From: Octopus vulgaris
Taxonomy: Eukaryota
DNA: 64,000 bases
Direction of reading: 5' to 3'
Assembly: GCA_951406725.2 (NCBI GenBank)
Contig: OX597831.1
Location: forward strand, 1,302,001-1,366,000
The notes under the pieces were generated by a model, which was not told where the DNA came from, did no database searches, and saw nothing but the letters and a program-made list of their open reading frames with translations. Both the position numbers and the translations under genes were made by a program. Positions 52,225 through 64,000 of the stretch are shown in pieces (within the stretch, counting starts at the first letter, position 1; every line of letters begins with the position of its first letter).

Positions 52225-52575
52225 ATTCTTTTAAGTGTTTCAGTCTGGAGCACCGCCTTTAATCGAGCAAATCGACCCCGGGACTTATTCTTTTGCAAGC
52301 CCAGTACTTATTCTATCGGTCTCTTTTGCCGAACCGCTAAGTAACGGGGACGTAAACACACCAGCATCGGTTGTCAAGCAATACTAGGAGGACAAACACA
52401 GACACAAACACGCATATATATATATACATATATACGACGGGCTTCTTTCAGTTTCTGTCTACCAAATCCACTCACAAGGCTTTGGTCGGCCCAAGGCTAT
52501 AGTAGAAGACACTTGCCCAAGGTGCCACGCATGTGGTTGGTAAACAAGCTACCTACCACACAGCCACTCCTGTGC
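52225..52575 (-). mobile_element. SINE family A with small deletions
   Basis: Matches the other A copies. Confidence 0.9.
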
Positions 52576-53659
52576 CATGTAGATATTTCCTCAAATGAGT
52601 AAATATGTTTTTGTGGGTTGTGGACATGTGAAAATTTAAGAGATTGGATGAGAAAATGAGTTTGTATGTAAGTCGTAGAGACAAAATGCTTGCATTGACA
52701 GAGAAAGCTGTATGAGAGTGAGTTAAAACAATATGAGTGATGTATAAACGAATCAGTTGCCAGGAAGGTGGGTGATTGGGAGCGACGGGGGAGATTTAAT
52801 GTGTACTGTAAATAAATATGAATGTATGAAAATGTAATTGTGTTTGATTTCTACAACAGTCTCTTTCTCTCTCCTCTCCACACACACACACACATACTCA
52901 TAACACACATTTACATGATTCTGGCTTCTATCAAACTAGAGATCTCTGGATTGAAATTAAAATGAAACACCAGCTATTAACCAATCTCCTGACCATAAAA
53001 AAAAAGAGAGAAAGAAATGAAGACAATACTACAAAGAAATATATATAATATATATAACATCATTTAATGTTCATCTTCCATAGTAGCATAGACAGGATGG
53101 TTTAACAGGATCTGACAAGCCGAGCTCCAATGCCTATATATATATACTATTTATTAAAGCTCCCCCCCTCAAAATCTTAACAAACTGTTACTCAGAGTTT
53201 CATGTGACCATTTGTAAGACCCTTGCAATAATATGAAGTTACATAAAGTACTTATTCTATCAGTCTCTTTTGCCGAACCACTCAGTTACAGGGACATAAA
53301 CACACCAGCCTCCCTACACCTAAGCTTTATTTTTCAATTTTAATTCACAACTTAAAAATATTAATATGTAAACAGAATTTCCTGAAGGGAGAGAGAATAG
53401 TAATACAAGATATATTTTTGTTAATATAATATATGATAATTCATTGATGTTTTCTCAGCATAACCTTCTAGAACTCCTGGTTTTAATGTTACTGTAAAAT
53501 GATAATAGTGAACAACGAATGGCATAGAATTTTGAGTTCTGATACTCTGGTTTTGCTTCCATTTCACTGTTTCTGAGAAAGATTTCTGTCTTCAGCTTTG
53601 GAACACTATATCATCACTTTGCACAGTATCTTTATTTAAATATATTCTTGTGTACATAA

Positions 53660-53775
53660 TGTGTGGGCATGTGTGTGTGTGTGTGTGTGTGTAATGTGAG
53701 AGAATGTGTGTTTATGCGAGGGTCTGCATGTATGCGTATATATGTGTATGTGTTAGATGATGTGTTTGTGTATAT

Positions 53776-53810
<35 letters not shown>

Positions 53811-53815
53811 CATAC

Positions 53816-53878
<63 letters not shown>

Positions 53879-53903
53879 CATACATATATATATATATACA
53901 TAC

Positions 53904-53934
<31 letters not shown>

Positions 53935-54120
53935 CATACATACATATATACATACATACATATATATATATACATACATACATATATATATATATACATA
54001 CATACATATATATATATACATACATACATATATATATATACATACATACATACATATATATATACATACATATATATATATACATACATACATATATATA
54101 TATATACATACATACATACA
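53660..54120. repeat. (TG)n/(TA)n/(TACA)n microsatellite
   Basis: Visible. Confidence 0.95.
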
Positions 54121-54835
54121 GTCTGTCTCACATTTCTTTGTGGGAGGAGGAGGACTTGTTTCAACAACAAAACATTAGTCTCTTCGTCTCTCCATCACCA
54201 ACATACATTTCTTATTTATATTTGCTATCTGAATCACGTTGACTGCAGGCCATCATTAACTTTCCAGTTCCAGTGACTATCTTCATAAAATGTCACACAA
54301 TCGCTATCAAAGTGATGCCTTCAGAGTCTGAGCACATTCGCAGTATTTACTTTCACATCACATGGTTCTTAGTTCAAATCCCAACGGAGTCAACTCCTCT
54401 CTCAACAGATATAGAGGTTGTAAAATAAATACTAGTCGTAGATATACGCTGGGATATGGGACACAGAATATGTTGCGAGATAGCATATGTGTATATCCTG
54501 GCTCAATAAAAGATATGAAGGCCACGGCTGGAACAACTAAAATTACCGACCAAGATTGAGCAAACCTACTATCAATGGTGTTCCAGCTGTGATCATCGTC
54601 TCTTTTGTTCCACTGCTGCATATAGCTAACGAAATAAATCTCCCTCAAATCTCAAATAATTCCTTAGAAGAATAAGAATAAGAATAAAAAGGAGGAGGAG
54701 GAGGGGGAAGGGAGGGAGAGGAGGAGGGGGATGGGAGGGAGAGGAGGAGGAGGAGGGGGAGAATGATGAGGGGGAGGGGAGGAGAAGGATGAGGGGAGGG
54801 GAGGAGGCGGCGGATGGGGAGGGGAGGAGGAACTT

Positions 54836-55570
54836 TTGCATGGTCAGTTTTGGAAAGTTTTTTGAGGATGCATGTGGAACCACGACAAACAGCTTGAGGA
54901 AATATGGATATGAGGAGAAGGTGTCAGCAAAATGGAGAGTGTGTGGAGTTTGGGATGAGACAATGGCACACATTGTTGCAGAATGTCCCGAGTTGGCTCA
55001 GAGAGAATATAAGAAGTAGAGGCATGACTAAGTTGTGAAAGTTTTTGCACTGGAAGCTTTGTCAGAAATGAAGGCTTGAAGCTGAAAGTACTTGGTGTAA
55101 TCATCAGGTAAAAAGAGTGCTTGAGTCACAGAAATGCAAGATTTTATAGGATTTTCCAATTCAAATTGATAAGAAGATAGAAAATAATAAACCAGATGTA
55201 ACAATAATAGACAAGGAAAAGCAAAGTTGTTTACTAATTGGTCCCTCATGCCCATTTGATTCCAGGATTGTAAAGAAAGAAGATGAAAAATTTTTTAAAT
55301 ATGATCCCTTAAAATTCGAAATTGTGAGAATTTGGGATATGAAAACTGTAAAGGTTGTGTCAATAATTGGTGCATGAGGGACTGTGAGTAATGATATCGA
55401 CAGATGGTTGAAGGTGATTGGAATGGAATGTCCTGTAGAGCTTCTGTAGAATGTTGGCCTCGGAGGCACATGAAAGATTATCAGAAGGGTTTTGAGTACT
55501 TGACAGGTAGTAACCAGCTACCCACATAAACTCTACTGGGAATAAGACCAAACCTGAGTCAAATCAAACA
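54836..55570 (+). mobile_element. R4/Dong-like non-LTR element: zinc knuckle plus restriction-like endonuclease relic
   Basis: LHGQF; WRVCGVWDETMAHIVAECPELAQREYKK*RHD; KIL*DFPIQ..NKPDVTIIDK..CPFD..KEDEK..KYDPL; IIRRVLST*. Several stops. Confidence 0.9.
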
Positions 55571-58458
55571 ACAATAATAAAGATGACAACAACAACAACA
55601 AATAGAATAAAATAAATCTTAAAAAAACATGGTTCTGGAAATTCTAGGACCATATTCTCAAAGACAAGTCCTTGTAATCTACAAAACTTTGAGTTTTTGT
55701 AGATGACATTCTACAAAAACTTAAGTGAGGCCTATATAGTAAATTGCTCCCACATTTGAGAGCGCTGCTGCTGCAGTATCCCAGACAGCACTCAGAACAG
55801 CCATTTAACCAAGTGGCATCAAATCACTCACAGACACATTCTAGTCCTTGGCTCACAAGAATACTGTCACATTCTCTCTCTCTCTTCTCTCCTCCAGCAA
55901 CTTCAATGGCCTCTAATCCCCAGAGATGCCAGGTCTGGTCTCACCCCTACTCAGGTATTCCTGACCTACTCATCTCTTTTTCCCTCATCACCCATACTGT
56001 TTCAACCCTACAGGCTCAGTACTAGTTACTACACCTAGTTTTTTACTCCTTTGAATATCATCACTCAGGATTTTCCTCCCTACTCTTGCCTTTCCTACAG
56101 GGGTTAACTTGCAACACTTCATGAACAACATTAAGAGCGTCAATCTCACCAGTCTACAAGGGCCCGTAAAGACCATGTTCATACTATTCTTGCCTCAAGA
56201 CCCAGTAAGTAATAAAATATGTCTGGGAGAGCCATATTTGAAATGTTTTTAACTATTCATAAGTCTATGAAATCTGCACTGTCTCAGAATTAAACAAGAA
56301 CAAAAAATAATCATCACCCACTACCAGTCAACAAAATAACTCTGACATGGTCATTCAATCTCATAGAAATAGCATCCAAATCTCCTTCAAATCACACTAC
56401 CGAACAAAAAAGTTGGTGGGGAGGGCACATTGGAAATGTAGTCATAGATATACTGTCTGAATTTTGAAAAAAGTAATAAAAAAAAAATGCAACTGGAATA
56501 TCTTTGATCAAAGGTGTGTTCAATCAAGGTTGACCTGGCGGGTGCTAAACGTCACGCACGCACAAAATTACAGCACAAAAAATCCAATCCACATACATGT
56601 TGAAGTGCGTGTCTAGAAAATACTACAACCTTTCTTTCCTTCCTCATTCTTTTTTAGGTGATGGTGGTGGTGGTGGTGGTGGAAACCTAACCACCAAAAT
56701 TCTAATTACATACTTGTGTAACTTCAATCAGTAAAAACATTACAAAGCAATTGTTCATATTTTAATTTTTACACTTTAAATATTTCGTTTATAATTAGTC
56801 ATCCATTTAATTATATTTTATACCTGTATACATTTATATATTCATTTATTACAGGCAGCATTTTTTTTTTATATATATAAAAATAATTATTATGATATCA
56901 TTAATTTAGGATGATGTTCAGTAAAAATTATATTTCGAATTTATGCACCAAAGTGAGAAAACAGAGCAAGGGGAAGGGGAGAAACTTGGAGAATGGTAGA
57001 TGATATTTTTATATGAATACCTAGATATAATTATACATTATATGAGTGTCTATGTACATATACAAACATGTAGGTAATGTGTGTGTATACATACATACAC
57101 ATATAGAGAGAAGGGAAAGAGGGGAAGAGAGAAAGGGAGAGATAGATGTAGATATGTCTGACTGTACACATCTGAAGATGAAAATGCATATCTGTGCCTA
57201 TGAAACTTTGAATAATGCAGAACTCAATCAACCTATTACAATACCAACTATGTGTTGAGTACTACTTTCATCTGTTCACCTACCTGTGTGTGTGTGTGTC
57301 TGTGTCTGTCTGTCTGTGTGTATATAAGTACGTATGTGAGTGTGTGTGTATCTTTTATCTTGTACATTTTTTTCTTGCTTCAGTCTTTGGACATGCTGGC
57401 ACCAACTTGAAGGGTTTAGCCAAACAAATCAACCCCAGTACTTATTTTTAAGTCTGGTGCTAATTCTATTGGTCGCTTTTTGCCAAATCACTAAGTTACA
57501 AGGATATAAACAAACCAACACCAACTGTGAAGTAGTTTGGGGGACAAATCCAAACACAAAGACACACACACATATATATGATGGGCTTCTTTCAATTTCC
57601 ACTAATCAATCCAATTCACAAAATATTGGTCGACCTGAGGGTATTTCTGGAAGACACTTGCCCAAAGTGCAGCACAGTGGGACTGAACCCAAGACCCCAT
57701 GGTTGGGAAGCAAACTTCTTACCACACAGCCTATATATATATATGTATATATATTAGTGTGGGGTGAGAACTAAGTTACCTCCCATACAATGTCCACTTT
57801 GCATTTCTGTCTTGCAAGTAAAATAAAACAAGTATTAGACAAAGTACTGAAACCAAAATAATCAATATAGTCTCCAGCATGGCCAGAGTACAATGACTGG
57901 AGCCATGAGGTATACCAATGAAAGACACAAGATACAAGCATCAGCAAAGAAAACTGATAAATTGGTGCTTTCAGACAATACACTTTGGTGTATTTGTTCT
58001 GCCCGAGTAACATAGGTGCTCCTCAATCATTCTTACTATCATAAATGAGTAAACCAGAGATTGTCTCATTGGAAGCCTACAAATCTCAATGCTGTTGTTC
58101 TAAAAAGCAAGATAAAAATAAATATAATAAAAACATGGTCTTTATGTAATGTTGGGTCATGCATTGAAACAGTCCCCTTGCTTTTTATTTATCTTTTTCC
58201 TTGTAGGAGAAATGATCTTTTTGCTTTTTAGTGATATTTTGTGGAGTACTATAGAGTTGGTTTCAAGCTGTTGTATTTATTCTGGTTCTTGTTTGGTCCT
58301 AGATTAGTTCCTCATTAAACAGATCTATGTTCAAAGTGTCCTAATCTTATGAGCCTGTGTATGTATATGTATGTGTGTGCATGTCTATATATGTGTATAT
58401 GTATGCATATATATATTTATGTATGAATATATATATATATATTTATACATGTATACAT

Positions 58459-58506
<48 letters not shown>

Positions 58507-58705
58507 GTACAAATGTGTATGTGTGTATGTATGGATAGATGTGTATTCTGTCTGTATGCAAATATACATATACACATACATACATGTTCATGCATACATA
58601 TACTCATATATACACGTCTGTGTGTATATGTTTGTGTGTATATGTTTGAGTTCTTCCCATACAGTCTGTATGTTTTTATGTTTGTGTGTATATATACATA
58701 TATAT

Positions 58706-58814
58706 ATCACGTGACCGACCAGTCCATCAGATGTAGTTACACACCGCTGGTTACAATGCGTTCGCATTGTTTTAGCCTTCGAATGATGCCACCCCGCTGG
58801 CTAAGCGAGCAGGC

Positions 58815-58815
<1 letters not shown>
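58706..58815 (-). mobile_element. SINE family E 3' fragment
   Basis: Reverse complement matches 7657-7768. Confidence 0.85.
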
Positions 58816-58868
<53 letters not shown>

Positions 58869-59326
58869 CATAAAATGTGTGTGTATATGTATGTATGTGT
58901 GTATGTGTCTTTGTATGTAATGTATACTTACATGGTGTGCTGTTATGTATGCCATAACTTAATGATTAAAACTGAAAGGTGGAAAGCAAGTCCACTACAT
59001 CATATGACTAACTGTTGCAATAATGGTATTAACACAGGGTGATTTGAGATCGGAGACAGCATTAACAAGCACATTCATCAACAACAACAGCATCAACAAA
59101 TAAATCCTACACAGAGAGGCGGGTGGAGTCAGAGGGTTCCGTTTACTGTGACATAAACAGGGGCGGCATCGACAATGATAAAGGCCATTTTCAGTTTGCC
59201 GAAGTCATCTGGAGAAACCTTCATACTGAAGTAACAAAAGAAGCAGACACACACACACATTTGTATTCAGTTCGACACACACACACACAGATGTGTCTGT
59301 GTATAACTGTTTATATATATATACAC

Positions 59327-59379
<53 letters not shown>

Positions 59380-59813
59380 CAAACAAACCCATTTCTGATG
59401 TATGTTTATATATATGTGTGTAAGTGTGTTGTATGCATGTATGTATATGTATACACACACACACAAAACTTTCAACCTTATTTAACCTGCCCACCCATGT
59501 TATTCCATAACCCAATGTTTCGGAGAGACTAAATGTTCTATTGGAAATTATTACCCTCACCTCTTCTAATTAACAAATAAAACAAAAAAAACAGCCAACA
59601 AGAAAGATCTATGTAGTTGCTTTACTGTCTGGAAATAGCAGCTATGTGCCCCTACATATCACATTCCACTATGTAAGGAGAGGGAGGAACAGTTTAGACA
59701 AAGTCTACTAAATGCACTGTCAGTCAGACAAAAGGTATCAGATTGGTAAGACTGGAAGAATTCTGATCCTCAGGTTTAAAAAACATAAGCAACAAAATTT
59801 ATAAAATTTTTCC

Positions 59814-60246
59814 GCAAGAGTGGCTGTGTGGTAGGTAGCTTGTTTACCAACCACATGCTTCCGGGTTCAGTCCCACTGCATGACACCTTGGGCAAGTGTC
59901 TTCTACTATAGCCTCAGGCCGACCAAAGCCTTGTGAGTGGATTTGGTAGACAGAAACTGAAAGAAGCCCGTCGTATATATGTATGTATATATATATATAC
60001 ATACATATATATATATATATATACATATATGTGCGTGTATGTTTGTGTGTCTGTGTTTGTCCCCCTAGCATTGCTTGACAACCGATGCTAGTGTGTTTAT
60101 GTCCCCGTCACTTAGCGGTTCGGCAAAAGAGACTGATAGAATAAGTACTGGGCTTACAAAGAATAAGTCCCGGAGTCGAGTTGCTCGATTAAAGGCGGTG
60201 CTCCAGCATGGCCGCAGTCAAATGACTGAAACAAGTAAAAGAGTAA
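59814..60246 (+). mobile_element. SINE family A, full length
   Basis: Matches the other A copies; tail GAAACAAGTAAAAGAGTAA. Confidence 0.92.
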
Positions 60247-60494
60247 TCCATTCTTAATATAGTCATTTGATTTGTTAAAGATGTCACCTAAATCTTTCTC
60301 ACATTATGTCCTACTGTCCTAAAAACAGGAAGACACATCACATTATGTAATCCTAGATATACTGTTGACTAAAGGAAAAAGAAAGAAATATCAGATATTT
60401 ATGACTGGAATGGTATGCTCATAGGTCAGCTTTGCTGAGGTATAACTGGGAACTCAATAATGACTAATTTTAATGTACATCTCTATTTGTTGCT

Positions 60495-61480
60495 CATTCA
60501 TTTAAAACTTGTTTTTCCATGCTCACAGAATAAGCAGACTTGCTGCCTGACAACAAATTTGCAGCTACTGCAGATGAAGCCACTGCAATAGCAATCTGCT
60601 TCAGTGAATATACTTTTTGCCAAAATATGGTTGATCAAAGAAGTTTTGCCTGTTTCACCAGAATCATGCAGGAAAACTATTTCTTTTCGGTTACACGTTA
60701 CCAATTATTTTAAAGGTAGAGAGCTGGCAGAATCGTTAGCACGCTGGACGAAATGCTTAGCGGTATTTCGCCTGCCGCTACGTTCTGAGTTCAAATTCCG
60801 CCGAGGTCAACTTTGCCTTTTATCCTTTCAGGATCAATAAATAAAGTACCGGTTATGAACTAAGGTCGATGTAATCGACTTAATCCCTTTGTCCGTCCTG
60901 TTTGTCCCCTTGTGGGCAATAAAGAAATAATTTTATCTTTGTATACACTTCTTTGTATTGCTTTATCTCGAACCAATAGTAATTCGTTTTGGTGGACATA
61001 TTGTTGCAATTGTTGAATACCATAGCTGGCTGCCTCAAGAATATCTCAGTTAAGTGTTGCAGCTGGATTTGCACTGGAGTCAGCGGTTCACACTGTTTAA
61101 GATCCTTGCTAGCCATTGACTGCACAATATTTTTAGTGAGGATCAAGTGCTTGGTTGTATATGACGGATGTGTAGTTTTGATGATCCTTATGATTGATAT
61201 AGCATATCTTCTGTCATGCTATATTGGTGATTATGCTAAAGTTACCAAGGATTGTTTGGTAAACAGACACAAAAATTGATAGCAAAGGGGCTTTGAGAAT
61301 GCAAAACTGCAGCATTTACCAAGGTACTGATCCAGTCAGATAAGATATCACTTCCAAGAGGTATCTTATCTGGCAAGCTTAGCAGTTCGGTGCACAGACA
61401 TATCAAGCAACTATTTTGAGGTACTGGAATGAGATTGGATCATGGCTATTGTACAGGAGCTGTCTGAGATTTAAGTAGGT
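60495..61480 (-). mobile_element. Helitron Rep-helicase relic, interrupted by a SINE B copy (60713-60930)
   Basis: VFLHDSGETGKTSLINHILAK (Walker A region), then after a frameshift QIAIAVASSAVAANLLSGSKSAYS (motif Ia); upstream IYNQAL..IVQSMASKDLKQ linker. Confidence 0.85.
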
Positions 61481-61982
61481 TATTAAAATTCCTAATTTAA
61501 AACTAATATCTTTAAACATTAATATGCAGTTTCAAACACCATTGAAGATAGAAAACAGTTTATTCTTTCATTGTTTCCATTTAAATTTGCATATATTTAT
61601 ATTAAATCATGTTTATTTAAAGTAATCTGCCAGTATAGATAACAATACTGTGAGAAAATATCTCACACAAAATATATAGACAGTATATCCAGAAGGCTAT
61701 CACTATTCAAATTCCTCATTTAAAAAAGATCATATCTTCAAAAAATTAGTACACAGTTTCAATACCATGGAAGATAGAACATAATTTATTCTTTCATTGT
61801 TTCACTTTTAAACTTGTTTATACTTCAAACATATTCAGGTATTATGCTCAATGAATCAAATTGTTAATTTTTGTAACATTTGAAATATACTCAAACATTG
61901 TACTGTCTCTCCGTCTCACAACTCAGTATATATCATAAGATGAATGAGAAAATGTGAGTGTGGTGAGCAAGAGGTAGATTAA

Positions 61983-62203
61983 CCCTTTAGCATTTAAACC
62001 GGCCATATCCGGCCAAAAGTATTCTGCCTGTTTTATGTTCAAACTGGCCATATCTGGTCTCTCACACCAACCTTACAATATCTTTTAAAAAATTAACAGC
62101 TACCTCATCAAAATCTCATAGTTGCAAGATAATGCATGATCAATTCAAAAGAATGTGGATGAAGAAGCATTAATTTTGGTAGAATAATGCGAACACTAAA
62201 GGG
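61983..62203. mobile_element. piggyBac-type MITE (family P1)
   Basis: TTAA-CCCTTTAGCATT ... AACACTAAAGGG-TTAA; perfect TTAA duplication. Confidence 0.88.
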
Positions 62204-64000
62204 TTAAAAGAAGACTGAAAGAGAAAGAAAAACAATTTGACATAATAAACTGACACTGTTATATTGCACACTAACACTCTTACTCAATTACTACTCCATT
62301 ACAACTTTCAACCCTTCTACATTTGAGTTCTTGACTCATTCCTGTTTAATTCCAAAGAGATCTTGGACTTGTGGGGGAAGGGTTTTAGCTGCATCTAGAT
62401 GTCCCTGTGAAATTTAGTAATAATCATTGAGAAATGGTAACACTGTTTCAGTATAGACAAACATCACCAATTATGTGCACACACATATGCATGATATTTT
62501 ATATATACATTTATATAATAAATATATTTAATACACACACACACACACATGTGCGTGTATATGAATACATGTGTGGGTGAGTGTGGTGTAACAGTTTTGT
62601 TTACACCAAGATCAGCCCTCATTGAACCTATGACCAATGATTCCAAACCATAATCAAATCCACACACACACAAGACATAATGCATATTATCAAGCATGTC
62701 CTTTTTCCATACAGTTACGTATGGCTTAAAGATCTAGCTGCTATTTTTAACAGGTAGGGCAACTACAAAGTGACTCACGATGACTTGTGGAATTTATTAC
62801 TACTATTTTACTCCAGGTCAACCACGATTGACCAAACCTAAGCTCTAAGGCATTCCAACCATGATCATCTCATCTGTTTAGGGTTATGTAAAATGAAAGT
62901 ATCTAATGTTTTCTGTCCTAATGCAGTGTTCTATTGGCTGCTACTTCTAGCAAATAGAGTGACCACATTAAGGTTCCTTCATTGGCTTGAGGTGTTTATT
63001 GTAATTGTTTAGCTCAGGACAACTCTGACAGAGCAGACTTGTGACCGAAGACAGTCTCATCACGACTATATTACCTGGTGTGTCATTCAATAGTGTAAAG
63101 TGGTGTTGTCTTTTTTTTGTTTAACCCCAGGTCAAACCCAATCGAACAGATCTGTGATTAATGACAATCCAGCCGTGATTATCACATCTTTTAAGGACGA
63201 CTGCATTATCGGATGTTTTCCGTTTTTTTCTTTCTTTTCCGTGTCTTAAGACGTTTTGATGAAGTGCACTCGGTAGTTAGCCCTGGTTCAAGCCTGATGA
63301 CGCAGACCTACGATCTAAGGCGAACCTCGACGTTGTGTTTATTGTATATAATCTGTAATGGATGTAGTTGTAGTGTGGTGTCGAGGTAAAAAATATATAT
63401 ATATATTGCAGTGTGGCCTCCGAGTCTAGTGTTGTTGTTGTGGTGGAGGTGGTAGTGGGAATAATGTAGTGTTGCTGTTGGAGTGTCAGTAGTAGCAGCA
63501 GCTTCTTGGCTTCACATCTTAAGTCTTCTTTGACCAAAATCAGTTTTGTGGCTGCTCTTACTACTACTACTACTACTACTATTACTACTAGCACGACGAT
63601 GACAACAGCTACAGTGATCAACATCACTACTGTTGTGGTTGTTGTTGTTACAATGGTTTTAGGCGGATACCCAGAGAATAAGGGTTGGAACAAAATGGTC
63701 GAACTGTGTCTCCCCTATAAATTATGATCATGTCAAGGCACAACCTTTGTTTTAATCTCGAATTTCGTCGAAGAACGGCAAAAGAAAAAAAAGTCTTCAG
63801 GAAATGATAGATAATGTAAATAATATAAATTCACGAATTAATAAATAATAACAACAGCAATTAATAATCTTAACTTTTTTACGGGGGTTAATAACAGAAA
63901 TCCAGTTGAACAAATACGATTATATAGAAATAAATAAACAGAGAAATGGGTTGTCATACGATTGTATGGAGAGAATTATAAAATATAAAGCAAAACATGA

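Noticed and set aside
55744-56210. 93-aa ORF and a nearby GTAAGT donor
   Set aside because: No recognisable domain; looks like a decayed element that I cannot classify.
60498-60704. Host P-loop NTPase exon
   Set aside because: The motif context, frameshift and upstream linker identify a decayed Helitron helicase.

Overview
AT-rich, microsatellite-dense eukaryotic DNA. The repeat content looks like a coleoid cephalopod, probably Octopus; this is inferred from my recollection of the SINE families, not from a search. I find no intact host protein-coding gene, and almost all ORF-track entries are translations of (TA)n/(TG)n/(TATG)n/(TAG)n repeats. The window is a layered deposit of mobile DNA: at least five SINE-like families (called A-E here), LINE remnants (RTE, R4/Dong-like, CR1/L2-like, Crack-like), two Helitron remnants, a decayed hAT transposase, a fold-back mariner, and piggyBac- and hAT-type MITEs. 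The most notable structures are: (1) three, possibly four, SINE tails that match the 3' ends of LINE fragments in this same window, plus head/tail swapping between SINEs; (2) a non-autonomous Helitron with both termini and a head-to-tail junction; (3) an RTE 3' end with three tandem C2H2 fingers; (4) two long palindromes with related leaders, one next to a decayed hammerhead-like motif (possibly Penelope-like); (5) a perfect 45-bp target-site duplication; (6) a recent 3 x 264-bp tandem triplication. All alignments were made by eye, and repeat boundaries are approximate.
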